Made by a program: the position numbers and the translations under genes. The notes under the pieces are model-generated. The model saw only the letters and a program-made list of their open reading frames with translations. It made no database searches and was not told the origin of the DNA. A stretch of DNA of 63,071 nt, counting the filler, from Octopus bimaculoides (lineage: Eukaryota): NCBI RefSeq assembly GCF_001194135.2. It is 5 parts of 4 records of this genome, joined end to end, with 100 filler letters (N's around TTAATTAATTAA, not from the genome) between each part and the next. Parts side by side here need not be neighbours in the genome. Positions count along the whole stretch, not along the records: positions 25,099 to 52,745 come from NC_068981.1; positions 52,846 to 59,731 come from NC_068981.1; positions 59,832 to 63,071 come from NC_069010.1; 2 more parts are not named here. One strand, given 5' to 3'. Positions within the stretch are counted from its first letter, which is position 1. Every line of letters starts with the position of its first letter. Below, piece after piece: positions 50,001 to 63,071 of this stretch.

Positions 50001-51299
50001 TCTGTAAGCTAATGAAGTTCATAACAATTGATTTTTTTCCTCATTTCATTTCCTATCCATGTATATATAATTATGTTGTGTGTGTGTATAATTCTTTTAT
50101 TGAAATTGATCCTCTACTATATGTATCAAGTACTCCTCTCTTATTTGTTCAACTTAAAACAGTGGAGATATATATATCTCACTCAATATACCACTGTGAT
50201 GTAACTTAGTCACACTGTCTATGAATCCAGCACTGTGACGTAACTTAGTCACACCATTTATGAATCCTATTAGCAAATTCTATTTGCATTTTTATTTTAT
50301 TTTTTTTACACACTCGCCTTTGCGTACATGGATTTGCACTAACATGAAACTTGTCTCTGTTTTATAGTACTGTATCTATTTTGGTGGGATGAAATATCCA
50401 GTGTAGGTTTACCAGTTTATGTATAAATAAAACATTAAATTCAGTTAGGATTTAAATTCTTTCTATTTTTTAATGCTATTCATTGTGTTGCAAACCCTCT
50501 CCATCTCTACAAATGATAAAATGATTATTACTCAGTGTTTATTTCAAAATTATGTAAATAAAATTCTTGTTTCTCTTATTTTCAAAACTTTACTTTTTGT
50601 CTTTTTTTTCCTTAAAAAAATGTTCTGATTTAAGCCCAAATCAAGATTTGATCTTGGAAACTTGTGATGAACAATATTCACACTAAGTACTTAGTCTTTT
50701 TAAGGTAGTATGTATTCAGATCTACACTATTCAATGTGTTTTCTTCCGTTCTGACATGGTAGGGTGTTGTTTGTAAGATATTTGGCTGTAATTTTTAGCA
50801 TGTTGAGTGACCTCGTAGAGGGTCCCTCCTTGGCATGTTTATTTTTATAGTTTAGGCATCAGATATGATCAGTGCTGATGAGAGCTTGCAGCATGCTCTC
50901 TGAAACAGGGATGACTGATAGGATAGCCATTCAGCATCCACATGTGCAGGAATGATGATGGAGAAAGGAAATCAAAAGGGAATTTAAAAAAAAAGATGGG
51001 TAGGAAGGCCTGGGGTTTGGCTATTACAGAACCTCAGATTTCAAATTTTGGTAGAAGGCCAGTAATTTCAGAGACTGGGGTAAGTTGATTACATCAGTTC
51101 CAGTGCTCAACTGGTACTTATTTTATGAACCCTGAAAGGATGAAAGGCAAAGTTGACCTCAGAGAAATTTGAACTCAGACTATAAAGGCAGATGAAATGC
51201 CTCCAGCATAGTAACAATTTTGCCAGCTTGCCACTTTAGAGAGGAAATATATACAGGAGAGGAATCAAATATCTTGAATGGGACATATATGAGAGAGAG

Positions 51300-52421
51300 A
51301 GAAGAAATTTCAGGTGTGGAAGCAAGGCCTGGAACCTAAAAGTCTTTAATTCAGCAAAGACCAAAGTCCTAGTAAGCAGACAGACAAATCACAAGTCTCT
51401 TCAGGGAGATGGCCTACTTGATATATAAGAAACTACATATGTTGTATCCAGTGCAAGATTTGGACACATAAGAGCTGTAGTGGTACGACATGAAGGTTTA
51501 CAAAGAAAACAGACTTTGTGTGTGATAAATGTGTAGGTACAATAAGCCCTAAAAATGCACAGACAAGACTTCTTCAAATGCTCAGGGGGATCCTTAGGAG
51601 TAGTAGATATCTTCTGTTACCTAGGTAACCAAGTTAGCACTGGAGGAGGAAGTTCTGAAAGTGGAGTTGCTGGAATAAGAATGGGCTGGGCAAAGTTCAG
51701 AGAACTTCTACCTCTGTTGGTAACTAAGGGCCTCTCCCTTAGAGTGACAGGCTGATTGTATGAAGTCTATGTACATGCTGCTATGCTACATGACTGTAAC
51801 ATGGGCTTTGACTAGAGGATTTGTGAAGGCTTGAAAGAAATGAAGCTAGCATACTCAGCTGGATGGGTAAATGTCAGTGAGCACACATGACAGTGTAAAT
51901 GATTTAAGAGGAAAACTGGATATTAGAAGCATAAAATGCTGTGTGCAAGAGAGAAGACTGCACTGGTTTGATCATGTGATGCATATAGATGAGGACAGAT
52001 ACTTAAAGAAGAGCTGATCTTTAACTGCAGACCGAACCTGTGGAAAGGGTAGACTCAGAAAGATATGGGACAAAGTGGTGAGAAAGGATCTTCAAACACT
52101 GGGCCTCAGTGACGAAATGACAAGGGACCAGGAGTTGTGGTGATTTGCTGTACTTGAGAAAACATGTCAAGCTAAGTAAAATCACAGTCATCTGTATATA
52201 CAGGCATGTTCTTTGCAGGTGCCAGTGCCATGTAAAATGAACTTGTGCTAGTGCTGTCGGCATGTAAAAAGTACCTAGCATACTCTGTAAAGTGGTTGGC
52301 ATTAAGAAGGGCTTCCAGCTGTAGAAACTATGCTGAAACAGACAATTGGAGTCTGGCCAGCTCCTGTCAAACCATCCAACCTATGCCAGCATGGAAAACA
52401 GACATTGAATGATGATGATGA
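51300..52421 (+). mobile_element. RTE LINE RT C-terminus, ORF end and 3' UTR (decayed)
   Basis: FCYLGNQVSTGGG...IRMGWAKFRELLPLLVTKGLSLRV and VQERRLHWFDHVM, then the (GAT)n tail. Confidence 0.85.
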
Positions 52422-52431
52422 TACATATATA

Positions 52432-52745
52432 TATCAAGGTGACGCTTTAGATACTAATAATTACAGAGGCATCAAGCTGTTAGATCAGGTTATGAAAGTT
52501 ACGGAGAGGGTCATAGCCCAACTAATTAGGGAGCAAATCAATTTAGATGAGATGCAGTTTGGGTTCGTGCCAGGTAAAAGCACCACTGATGCCATATTTC
52601 TAGTGAGACAGCTGCAGGAGAAATATCTAGCCAAGGATAAACCTCTGTACCTGGCCTTCGTTGACATGGAGAAAGCCTTTGACAGGGTCCCCCGATCCCT
52701 TATCTGGTGGTCAATGAGGAAACTTGGGATAGAAGAATGGTTAGT
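52432..52745 (+). mobile_element. RTE LINE reverse transcriptase fragment, open frame, truncated by gap
   Basis: GDALDTNNYRGIKLLDQVMKVTERV...QFGFVPGKSTTDAIFLVRQLQEKY...LAFVDMEKAFDRVPR, the conserved non-LTR RT N-terminal motifs, with no stops. Confidence 0.93.
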
Positions 52746-52845
52746 NNNNNNNNNNNNNNNNNNNNNNNNNNNNNNNNNNNNNNNNNNNNTTAATTAATTA
52801 ANNNNNNNNNNNNNNNNNNNNNNNNNNNNNNNNNNNNNNNNNNNN

Positions 52846-52927
52846 TATATATATACATACATACATACATACATACATACAAACATACAGAAATACAGAA
52901 ATACACATATATCTATAGATATATATA

Positions 52928-52973
<46 letters not shown>

Positions 52974-53243
52974 TACACACACATATATATACACGTGCGC
53001 ACGCGCGTATTATATACATATGTTCACAGATATATACTCACATATATAAACACACAAATACATATACTCTATTACATTGCGTTTGTGTATGTATGTATGC
53101 ATGCATGTATATGAATATATATATTCATATACACGCACACACACACCACACACTCATACACACACGCACACACACCACGCACGCATACACGCACGCACAC
53201 ACACCACATACGTATATACGCAAACACATACACACGCATTTAC

Positions 53244-53275
<32 letters not shown>

Positions 53276-54108
53276 NNNNNNNNNNNNNNNNNNNNNNNNN
53301 NNNNNNNNNNNNNNNNNNNNNNNNNNNNNNNNNNNNNNNNNNNNNNNNNNNNNNNNNNNNNNNNNNNNNNNNNNNNNNNNNNNNNNNNNNNNNNNNNNNN
53401 NNNNNNNNNNNNNNNNNNNNNNNNNNNNNNNNNNNNNNNNNNNNNNNNNNNNNNNNNNNNNNNNNNNNNNNNNNNNNNNNNNNNNNNNNNNNNNNNNNNN
53501 NNNNNNNNNNNNNNNNNNNNNNNNNNNNNNNNNNNNNNNNNNNNNNNNNNNNNNNNNNNNNNNNNNNNNNNNNNNNNNNNNNNNNNNNNNNNNNNNNNNN
53601 NNNNNNNNNNNNNNNNNNNNNNNNNNNNNNNNNNNNNNNNNNNNNNNNNNNNNNNNNNNNNNNNNNNNNNNNNNNNNNNNNNNNNNNNNNNNNNNNNNNN
53701 NNNNNNNNNNNNNNNNNNNNNNNNNNNNNNNNNNNNNNNNNNNNNNNNNNNNNNNNNNNNNNNNNNNNNNNNNNNNNNNNNNNNNNNNNNNNNNNNNNNN
53801 NNNNNNNNNNNNNNNNNNNNNNNNNNNNNNNNNNNNNNNNNNNNNNNNNNNNNNNNNNNNNNNNNNNNNNNNNNNNNNNNNNNNNNNNNNNNNNNNNNNN
53901 NNNNNNNNNNNNNNNNNNNNNNNNNNNNNNNNNNNNNNNNNNNNNNNNNNNNNNNNNACCCTCGTCGACATGCTTAAGGTAAGAAAACGAGCGTATTATT
54001 AATATTATTATTACATATTTTGTTTCTCTCTCAATTCGGTTCCACATGGATAAATCATCGTATCAACATAACAACATGAAACACTACGTCAATTATCATA
54101 TCGATAAA

Positions 54109-54186
<78 letters not shown>

Positions 54187-54314
54187 ATCAATCTATTTAT
54201 TTATATAACTATCTCTCTCTATCTGTCTGTCTATCAATCTGTTCGTCTATTTATCAAACTTAATTTGTATGTTCGTCTATCTGTCAATCCATTTCTATAT
54301 CTACTGATACGGCA

Positions 54315-54380
<66 letters not shown>

Positions 54381-54569
54381 TTCTTTATCATCATACCTTA
54401 TACCAGTCTCTATTTATCTCAGTCTGCCTACCTATCAACCTATCTGCGTATGGGTATGTTTCTAATACTTGCGTTCGGCGTGAAACCCAGAGTAGCAACA
54501 AGGTAATGCCTAAAACATAAACACATATATCTAAACATGTCGGAAAGTTTGCGTGCTTCCGTATACATA

Positions 54570-54666
<97 letters not shown>

Positions 54667-55878
54667 GTGTGCGTGTTTGTGTGTTCATGTGCATGTGTGT
54701 GGAGACGCGAGTGTGTATATGCCTGTAGAAATATACATACATTTATACACACACAACACACAGATATACATACATATATATATACATACATACATACATA
54801 CATACATACATACATACATACTTACAAACATACATACATAGATACATACATACATACATGCATATGCACATGCATATGCACATGCATATCAGGAATGTAT
54901 GTACATACATACATACATACATACAAACAAACATACATAGATTCAAAGATACATACATACATACATACAGACAGACAGACATATATACATACATACATAC
55001 ATACAAACATACATACATACACACATACATATGCATATGCATATCAGGAATGTTTTAAATTATGCGCATTTGGGAAATTGTATAAATACATCTCAACATA
55101 TGCTCGACGCTTTATTTTAAATATATTATAATTCACCCAAAACATGCATTACGTAAATATTCGAGTATATTATAAAGGTAACTAAATATTATGTACAACA
55201 TTTAAACGAGTTTGCACAGAAACGCTTTATACACAAACATGTAAGAGTGTGCATGAATTTGTGTACAAATTTGTGCACACAAAGATATACATATACACAT
55301 GAATATTCGAATATATATANNNNNNNNNNNNNNNNNNNNNNNNNNNNNNNNNNNNNNNNNNNNNNNNNNNNNNNNNNNNNNNNNNNNNNNNNNNNNNNNN
55401 NNNNNNNNNNNNNNNNNNNNNNNNNNNNNNNNNNNNNNNNNNNNNNNNNNNNNNNNNNNNNNNNNNNNNNNNNNNNNNNNNNNNNNNNNNNNNNNNNNNN
55501 NNNNNNNNNNNNNNNNNNNNNNNNNNNNNNNNNNNNNNNNNNNNNNNNNNNNNNNNNNNNNNNNNNNNNNNNNNNNNNNNNNNNNNNNNNNNNNNNNNNN
55601 NNNNNNNNNNNNNNNNNNNNNNNNNNNNNNNNNNNNNNNNNNNNNNNNNNNNNNNNNNNNNNNNNNNNNNNNNNNNNNNNNNNNNNNNNNNNNNNNNNNN
55701 NNNNNNNNNNNNNNNNNNNNNNNNNNNNNNNNNNNNNNNNNNNNNNNNNNNNNNNNNNNNNNNNNNNNNNNNNNNNNNNNNNNNNNNNNNNNNNNNNNNN
55801 NNNNNNNNNNNNNNNNNNNNNNNNNNNNNNNNNNNNNNNNNNNNNNNNNNNNNNNNNNNNNNNNNNNNNNNNNNNNNN

Positions 55879-55931
<53 letters not shown>

Positions 55932-56388
55932 TTTTCCAATATACATGCATATAGATGTACGTATATATACATTCTTAAATACATAATTATATAAACATGC
56001 ATATATAAATATATATATTCATACACATACACACACATATGTTTGTATATAATCAAACAGATTAACAAGTGCTAAGAAGCGACAGGAGAATATGCGACAA
56101 TTCATGAATATAGGGATACAGGTGATTGAACAATAGATGGATAAACGGATTGACAGATACACAGGTAGAAGGATGGTCGAACCGATGGATTGATGAGTGG
56201 AAGGGTTGGTATGTGGGTAGAAGGAGAGAAGGAAGGAGATGGGCTGGATGGGTACCCAGGTGAATGGAGAGATGGAGGTTTTGAAAGATGCATGGATTGG
56301 AAGATGTAAAGAGGTAAATATATAGTTGAATAGAAAGACAGACAGACAGGCAGGTAGACATACAGACAGACAGAAAGACAGGCTGATT

Positions 56389-56462
<74 letters not shown>

Positions 56463-56728
56463 CAGATAGATAGATGGATCGAAGGAATGAATGGTTGGGT
56501 ATATAGATGGACAGAAGTGCAAAGACGAATAAAGCTAAATGTTTGGATTAATGAATGGATGGAAACACCAGAATGATGGACAAGCAGATATGTAACAGAA
56601 AATAAAAATTGGCACACTGTAGACAGAATATTTATTTCCATAGCACGTCATACACAGATGGTTTCATTTGTTAGTTTGTACATCACATACAAACGTATAC
56701 AGCACAAGTAATCACATCTTACATCTTT

Positions 56729-56793
<65 letters not shown>

Positions 56794-56844
56794 CACATGT
56801 ATATATACATAGAGAGAGAGCGAGATACAGACAGACAGACAGAC

Positions 56845-56914
<70 letters not shown>

Positions 56915-57013
56915 TTATATACATATATATACATATATATACATATACAAATATACATGTGTGTATGTATGTGCGTGCCTGTATATATATATATATATAT
57001 ATATGGGGGTGGG

Positions 57014-57048
<35 letters not shown>

Positions 57049-57117
57049 NNNNNNNNNNNNNNNNNNNNNNNNNNNNNNNNNNNNNNNNNNNNNNNNNNNN
57101 NNNNNNNNNNNNNNNNN

Positions 57118-57163
<46 letters not shown>

Positions 57164-57257
57164 TACATTTTAATGAAAATACCCGTATACAGACACGCGC
57201 ATATACTGAAAGGGGTGTTTGTTGTGAGTCTTTCTACAACACACACACACGCACACA

Positions 57258-57297
<40 letters not shown>

Positions 57298-57583
57298 TAC
57301 ACATTATATTCATGTATTTCGTGCATGTATGTATGTTTATATGTGCACATGGGCATGTGCGTGTATACAATATAAATACATACATATATATATTTATACA
57401 CATATATATATATATATATATATAATGATATATACAGTCATAAATGTACATTTCAATAAATACATCTATACAAATGTATATATAAGCATATATAGACGTG
57501 GATATGCACACACATATACATATGGATGTGCATATATATATATATATATATATACAGACTCATACACATTTCTATACATAGAA

Positions 57584-57630
<47 letters not shown>

Positions 57631-58006
57631 TATTTATTCATATGAGTATGCCTGCATACATGTATATATATAATTATGATCATGAGCGCAATATTATCTA
57701 ATACATATACACGTATTTATCACTCTAATTATCCATTTCTATATATCTCTATTTCTTTATTTTTCTATACTACCTGAATACAATATCGTGTATATTACAT
57801 ATATACTTAGGCATGTACGCATACATTCTAAATATGCTTAGCTACTTATGTGCATGCATGGCGCGGTCCCGGTATGGCCAAAGTCGAATGACTGAATCAA
57901 GTAAAGAATAAAAGAATAAGTACATGCATTCACTTACAGCAATAATACTTGTAATGTTGCATATAGAGCTATAACTCATGTATTTGTGGGTGTGTGTGAG
58001 AGAGAG

Positions 58007-58069
<63 letters not shown>

Positions 58070-59042
58070 NNNNNNNNNNNNNNNNNNNNNNNNNNNNNNN
58101 NNNNNNNNNNNNNNNNNNNNNNNNNNNNNNNNNNNNNNNNNNNNNNNNNNNNNNNNNNNNNNNNNNNNNNNNNNNNNNNNNNNNNNNNNNNNNNNNNNNN
58201 NNNNNNNNNNNNNNNNNNNNNNNNNNNNNNNNNNNNNNNNNNNNNNNNNNNNNNNNNNNNNNNNNNNNNNNNNNNNNNNNNNNNNNNNNNNNNNNNNNNN
58301 NNNNNNNNNNNNNNNNNNNNNNNNNNNNNNNNNNNNNNNNNNNNNNNNNNNNNNNNNNNNNNNNNNNNNNNNNNNNNNNNNNNNNNNNNNNNNNNNNNNN
58401 NNNNNNNNNNNNNNNNNNNNNNNNNNNNNNNNNNNNNNNNNNNNNNNNNNNNNNNNNNNNNNNNNNNNNNNNNNNNNNNNNNNNNNNNNNNNNNNNNNNN
58501 NNNNNNNNNNNNNNNNNNNNNNNNNNNNNNNNNNNNNNNNNNNNNNNNNNNNNNNNNNNNNNNNNNNNNNNNNNNNNNNNNNNNNNNNNNNNNNNNNNNN
58601 NNNNNNNNNNNNNNNNNNNNNNNNNNNNNNNNNNNNNNNNNNNNNNNNNNNNNNNNNNNNATATATATATATATATATATATATAATACAGATGATATAT
58701 GAGCATATGCATGTATAGACACATCTATGTTCATACCTACATCTACATGTATATATAGATGCATATCCGGGTACAGGACGTCAAAAAAGAACGGGAACAT
58801 AAAACACAAAAAACGGACTTTTTTTACAGACAACAGAATAGGAATGCATATACATACTTGCTATTTTGGCATATATGTACTTATGTATATATGTATATAT
58901 ATAAAAAAATATATACACAATATACATATATGTATACACACATTATACATGTATATACCTAGATATATATTTATACGCATTATATATGTATATAGATATA
59001 TCTATGCACGTATATATACACTTATCTATATGCATACACACA

Positions 59043-59081
<39 letters not shown>

Positions 59082-59696
59082 TTTTATTTTATTTATTTAT
59101 TTATGGGTTTCAGCCAAGTGGCTGTGGTCATGCTGGAGCACCACCATGATTTTCTGTCTTTATGCTTTGCTCTCTATATATATGTCTATATATGTCTATA
59201 TATGCATTCATAAAAAAATGAATATATACACACATAGAGACAGATATTGAAATATATCACAATAAAAAACCAGTAATCATATCATTTAACGCAATATACA
59301 AATACGCATAAACATATGTACCAAATGTTATACCTAAAAAAAAAAGAATCTACTGAATTCGTTAAGCTACCCACAAAATAATTAGGAATCGTGGAATGAG
59401 ACTAATGCGTGAAAAGACAATTTAAGAAATTGAACACTAATTTTCTTCAATTTCATTAACAACTGCTTGCATATATGTATGAATGTATGTATGTATGTAT
59501 GTATGCATGTATGTATGTATGTATGTATGTATACATATATATGTGTGTGTACTCTTCATGAGCGCCAAAGTAGTACACCTGTTTCTAGTTCTCTCACCTG
59601 TCTTTGTCTTTTCCTTTCTATATATCTGAGCTATAGGGATAGATAGATAGATACACGTACATATGCAGGCATAATATATATATATGAGGCTTGTAT

Positions 59697-59731
<35 letters not shown>

Positions 59732-59831
59732 NNNNNNNNNNNNNNNNNNNNNNNNNNNNNNNNNNNNNNNNNNNNTTAATTAATTAANNNNNNNNNNNNN
59801 NNNNNNNNNNNNNNNNNNNNNNNNNNNNNNN

Positions 59832-59876
<45 letters not shown>

Positions 59877-59880
59877 TATA
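52846..59880. repeat. Microsatellite-dominated block: (TA)n, (CA)n, (CATA)n, (CTAT)n, (GA)n, (GATA)n, with large N gaps
   Basis: Direct reading; all ORFs called here are low-complexity artefacts. Confidence 0.95.
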
Positions 59881-60360
59881 TGATAGGTTTCTTTCAGTTT
59901 CCGCCTACCAAATCTACTCACAAGGCTTTGGTCGGCCCGAGGCTATAGCAGAAGACACTTGCCCAAAGCGCCATGCAGTGGGACTGAACCCAGAACCATG
60001 TGGTTGGTAACCAAGCTTCTTACCATACAGCTATGCCTGTTCCTGTGTATTCTAACATTTTCTGCAAACATTTTCTGAAAATTCCAAAATATGAAAAACT
60101 TGTGGGTGTTTATAAGGGGTACTTTGAGCAGAATTTCATGGCCGATTTGTAAATGTGTCACAAATCAGAAGATAAACTTAGAGTTACTGATAAACCAAAT
60201 AATTAAAATGAAATAAAATTAAATAAAGGAATAAAATATAATAAAGAAAAATAGCATAAAATAAAGATAAAACCAGATAAAAGGGTCACAGTGTTGAAGT
60301 GGTGTGTAGACATATATGTGTGTGTGTGCGTGTGCGTGTGTATGTATGTATCTATATTTA

Positions 60361-60404
<44 letters not shown>

Positions 60405-60432
60405 ATGTGTGTGTGTGTATATATATATATAT

Positions 60433-60870
60433 ATCATCATCATCATCGTTTAACGTCCGCTTTCCATGCTAGCATGGGTTGGACGATTTGACTGAGGACT
60501 GGTGAAACCAGTTGGCTACACCAGGCTCCAATCTGATCTGGCAGTTTCTACAGCTGGATGCCCTTCCTAACGCCAACCACTCCGAGAGTGTAGAGGGTGC
60601 TTTTACGTGCCACCGGCACGAAGGCCAGTCAAGCGGTACTGGCAACGGCCACGCTCAAAGTGGTGTATTTTATGTGCTACCTGCACAGGAGCCAGTCAAG
60701 GGGCACTGGCAACATGTCTTTTCACATGCCTTTTCACATGTCTTTTCACATGCCACCAGCACAAATGCCAGGAAGGTAACACTGGTAACAATCACACTTG
60801 AATGGTGCTATTTACATGCCATTGGCACGGCAGCCAGACAGCTGCTCTGGCAATGATCACACTCAGATGG
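60433..60870 (-). mobile_element. RTE-type 3' UTR copy (minus)
   Basis: (ATC)n, then the reverse complement of the family tail. Confidence 0.88.
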
Positions 60871-61077
60871 TGCTCTTAGTGCTCCACTGGTACAGAGGCG
60901 CAGTGTGGCAGTGTGGTAAGAAGTTAGCTTCCCAATCACAAGCTTCCGGGTTCAGTCTCACTGTGTGGCACCTTGGGTAAGTGTCTTCTGTTATAGCCTT
61001 TGGCTGACCAAAGCCTAGTGAGTGGATTTGGCAGATGGAAACTGAAAGAAGCCCATTGTATATATATATGTATGTAT

Positions 61078-61386
61078 GTGGTGGCACGTAAAATACACCA
61101 TTTTGTGCGTGGCCGTTGCCAGTATCGCCTGACTGGCCTTCGTGCCGGTGGCACGTAAAAGCACCCACTACACTCTCGGAGTGGTTGGCGTTAGGAAGGG
61201 CATCCAGCTATAGAAACTCTGCCAAATCAGATTGGAGCCTGGGGTNNNNNNNNNNTATAGAAACTCTGCCAAATCAGATTGGAGCCTGGGGTAGCCATCT
61301 GGTTCACCAGTCCTCAGTCAAATCATCCAACCCATGCTAGCATGGAAAGCAGACGTTAAACGATGATGATGATGATGATGATGATG
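61078..61386 (+). mobile_element. RTE-type 3' UTR copy (plus)
   Basis: Family tail ending (GAT)n; contains an assembly overlap around the N10 at 61246-61255. Confidence 0.88.
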
Positions 61387-62216
61387 TATATATACATATT
61401 TGTGTGTGTCTGTGCTTGTCCCCACCACCATCGCTTGACAACCGATGTTGGTGTGTTTACATCCCCGTTACTTAGCGGTTCGGCAAAGGAACCCGGTGCA
61501 ATAAGTACTAGGCTTACAAAGAATAAGTTCTGGGGTCGATTTGATTCGACTAAAGGCGGTGCTCCAGCATGGCCGCAGTCAAATGACTGAAACAAGTAAA
61601 AGAGTAAAAGAAAAAAAAATTGATATATATATATTTGAAATAGTATTATATAAAATAAAACTGTGTAGATAAAATTCAGTAAAAACAGTTTTCTGCCTGT
61701 TTTAGTAAGAAATGGGCCGAAAGATAAGATGGATCTTATTTTGTAGTATTTTATTTATTGTTTATTTTATCTTTATCTTTATCTGTAATCTTACCTTCAT
61801 ATTGCCTCATTTCATGACCCACAAAACTCTCCTAACCCCTCTACTTTCACCTCCTGCATTACTATCTCCCACCATCTTCCCCCACCTATGACGCTCCCTC
61901 CGTAATTATTCATTACAAGTGGTCATCATTACAATAATTCTGACGTGTCACCTGATGAAACTGTCGTAAATTGTGACAATATAACCTTAAGCTGAGTCTT
62001 CAACCTTCATCATCATCATCATTGTTTAACATCCATTTTCCATGCTGGCATGGATTGGACAGTCTGACCAGAGCTGGCCGGCCAGAGAGCTGTCCAGTCT
62101 CCAATTGTCTGTTTTGGTATGGTTTCTATGGCTGGGTGCCCTTCCCCCTTATTTATTTGTATATTTGGTTCCGCACAAGATTAAGTCTTTTTTAATTCTG
62201 ACTTAATGTATATTGT

Positions 62217-62604
62217 GGAGGCGCAATGGCCCAGTGTTTAGGGCAGCGGACTCGCGGTCATAGGATCGCGGTTCCCATTCCCAGACCGGGCGTTGTGAGT
62301 GTTTATTGAGCGAAAACACCTAAAGCTCCACGAGGCTCTGGCAGGGGATGGTGGCGAACCCTGCTGTACTCTTTCACCACAACTTTCTCTCACTCTTTCT
62401 TCCTGTTTCTGTTGTGCCTGTAATTCAAGGGGTCAGCCTTGTCACACTCTGTGTCACGCTGAATATCCCCGAGAACTACGTTAAGGGTACACATGTCTGT
62501 GGAGTACTCAGCCACTTGCACGTTAATTTCACGAGCTGGCTGTTCCGTTGGTCGGATCAACTGGAACCCTCGACGTCGTAAGTGACGGAGTGCCAACAAC
62601 AAAA
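62217..62604 (+). mobile_element. tRNA-derived SINE family C, full length, with 51-bp flanking direct repeat
   Basis: Same head, body and tail as 41969-42349; flanks 62164-62214 and 62605-62655 are near-identical. Confidence 0.9.
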
Positions 62605-63071
62605 TTTGGTTCCACACAAGATTAAGTCTTTTTTAATTCTGACTCAATGTATATTATCACTGTGATGAAGACACACAGCTCAGCAGTTAGAGTGTCAGGC
62701 TCACAATCATAAGGTAGTGAGTTCGATTCTCAAACCAGGCTGTGTTATGTTCTTGAGCACATTGCTCTAGTTCATTCAGCTGTAGAAATGAGTTGTGACA
62801 TCATTGGTGCAGCCTTCTGATGCCATGCAGTGGGACTGAACCCGGAACCATGTGGTTGGGAAGCCAGCTTCTTACCATACAGCCATACCTGTGCCTGTTT
62901 ATGGAAGACCAGCTGTCACCCATGAATACCAGCCTCCCCTTTCTCTGTGCACAAGAATTTGTGGGGAGGAAAATAGTCAATCACATCAACACCAGGAGAT
63001 TCCTACAGAAGCCCTGGGACCCACAAGCCAATAGGGTCAATAATGGATAGCTGTCTACAGGAGACAGTCCT

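Noticed and set aside
50193-50268. Short 38-bp tandem duplication (similar 32-bp one at 43291-43360; 12-bp minisatellite at 60715-60755)
   Set aside because: Two to three units only, consistent with slippage; not a CRISPR-like array (no unique spacers).
53958-54040. ACCCTCGTCGAC, resembling the 3' end of a Penelope hammerhead
   Set aside because: The upstream core would lie in the N gap, so it cannot be evaluated.
61209-61292. Exact 37-bp tandem duplication in the RTE tail
   Set aside because: The two copies flank a 10-N gap; an unmerged contig overlap.
61945-61990. CTGATGA motif after a pyrimidine-rich stretch
   Set aside because: No GAAA or closing stem II follows; at most a decayed remnant.

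Overview
AT-rich, microsatellite-dense animal genomic DNA with many N gaps. Four artificial 100-bp joins (44 N + TTAATTAATTAA + 44 N) sit at 10980, 25043, 52790 and 59777, so adjacency across them is not guaranteed. The SINE/LINE content and simple-repeat load point to an octopus genome; this is an inference. Two spliced genes can be reconstructed. (1) Minus strand, 489-9322: four coding exons of a cytosolic sulfotransferase (SULT)-family gene. Its PAPS-binding motifs are degenerate (YPKSGT->YPGAGS, RKG->HSG) and exon 2 carries a 5-bp frameshifting duplication. (2) Plus strand, 26571-45239: twelve phase-consistent exons encoding the C-terminal ~670 aa of RAB3GAP1, with the catalytic Arg and an FFAT motif; its 5' exons are not visible. 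The rest is transposon debris: an internally deleted LTR retrotransposon, RTE, R4/Dong-like and Tx1/L1-like LINE fragments, three tRNA-derived SINE families, and Penelope-like remnants. The most notable non-coding structure is a ~340-bp near-perfect palindrome (5196-5532) in SULT intron 1. It carries one type I hammerhead ribozyme on each strand, and the two copies differ by a compensatory change in stem II. Further hammerhead-like motifs and long fold-backs occur elsewhere. No prokaryotic-type features (CRISPR, rRNA, operons) are present.
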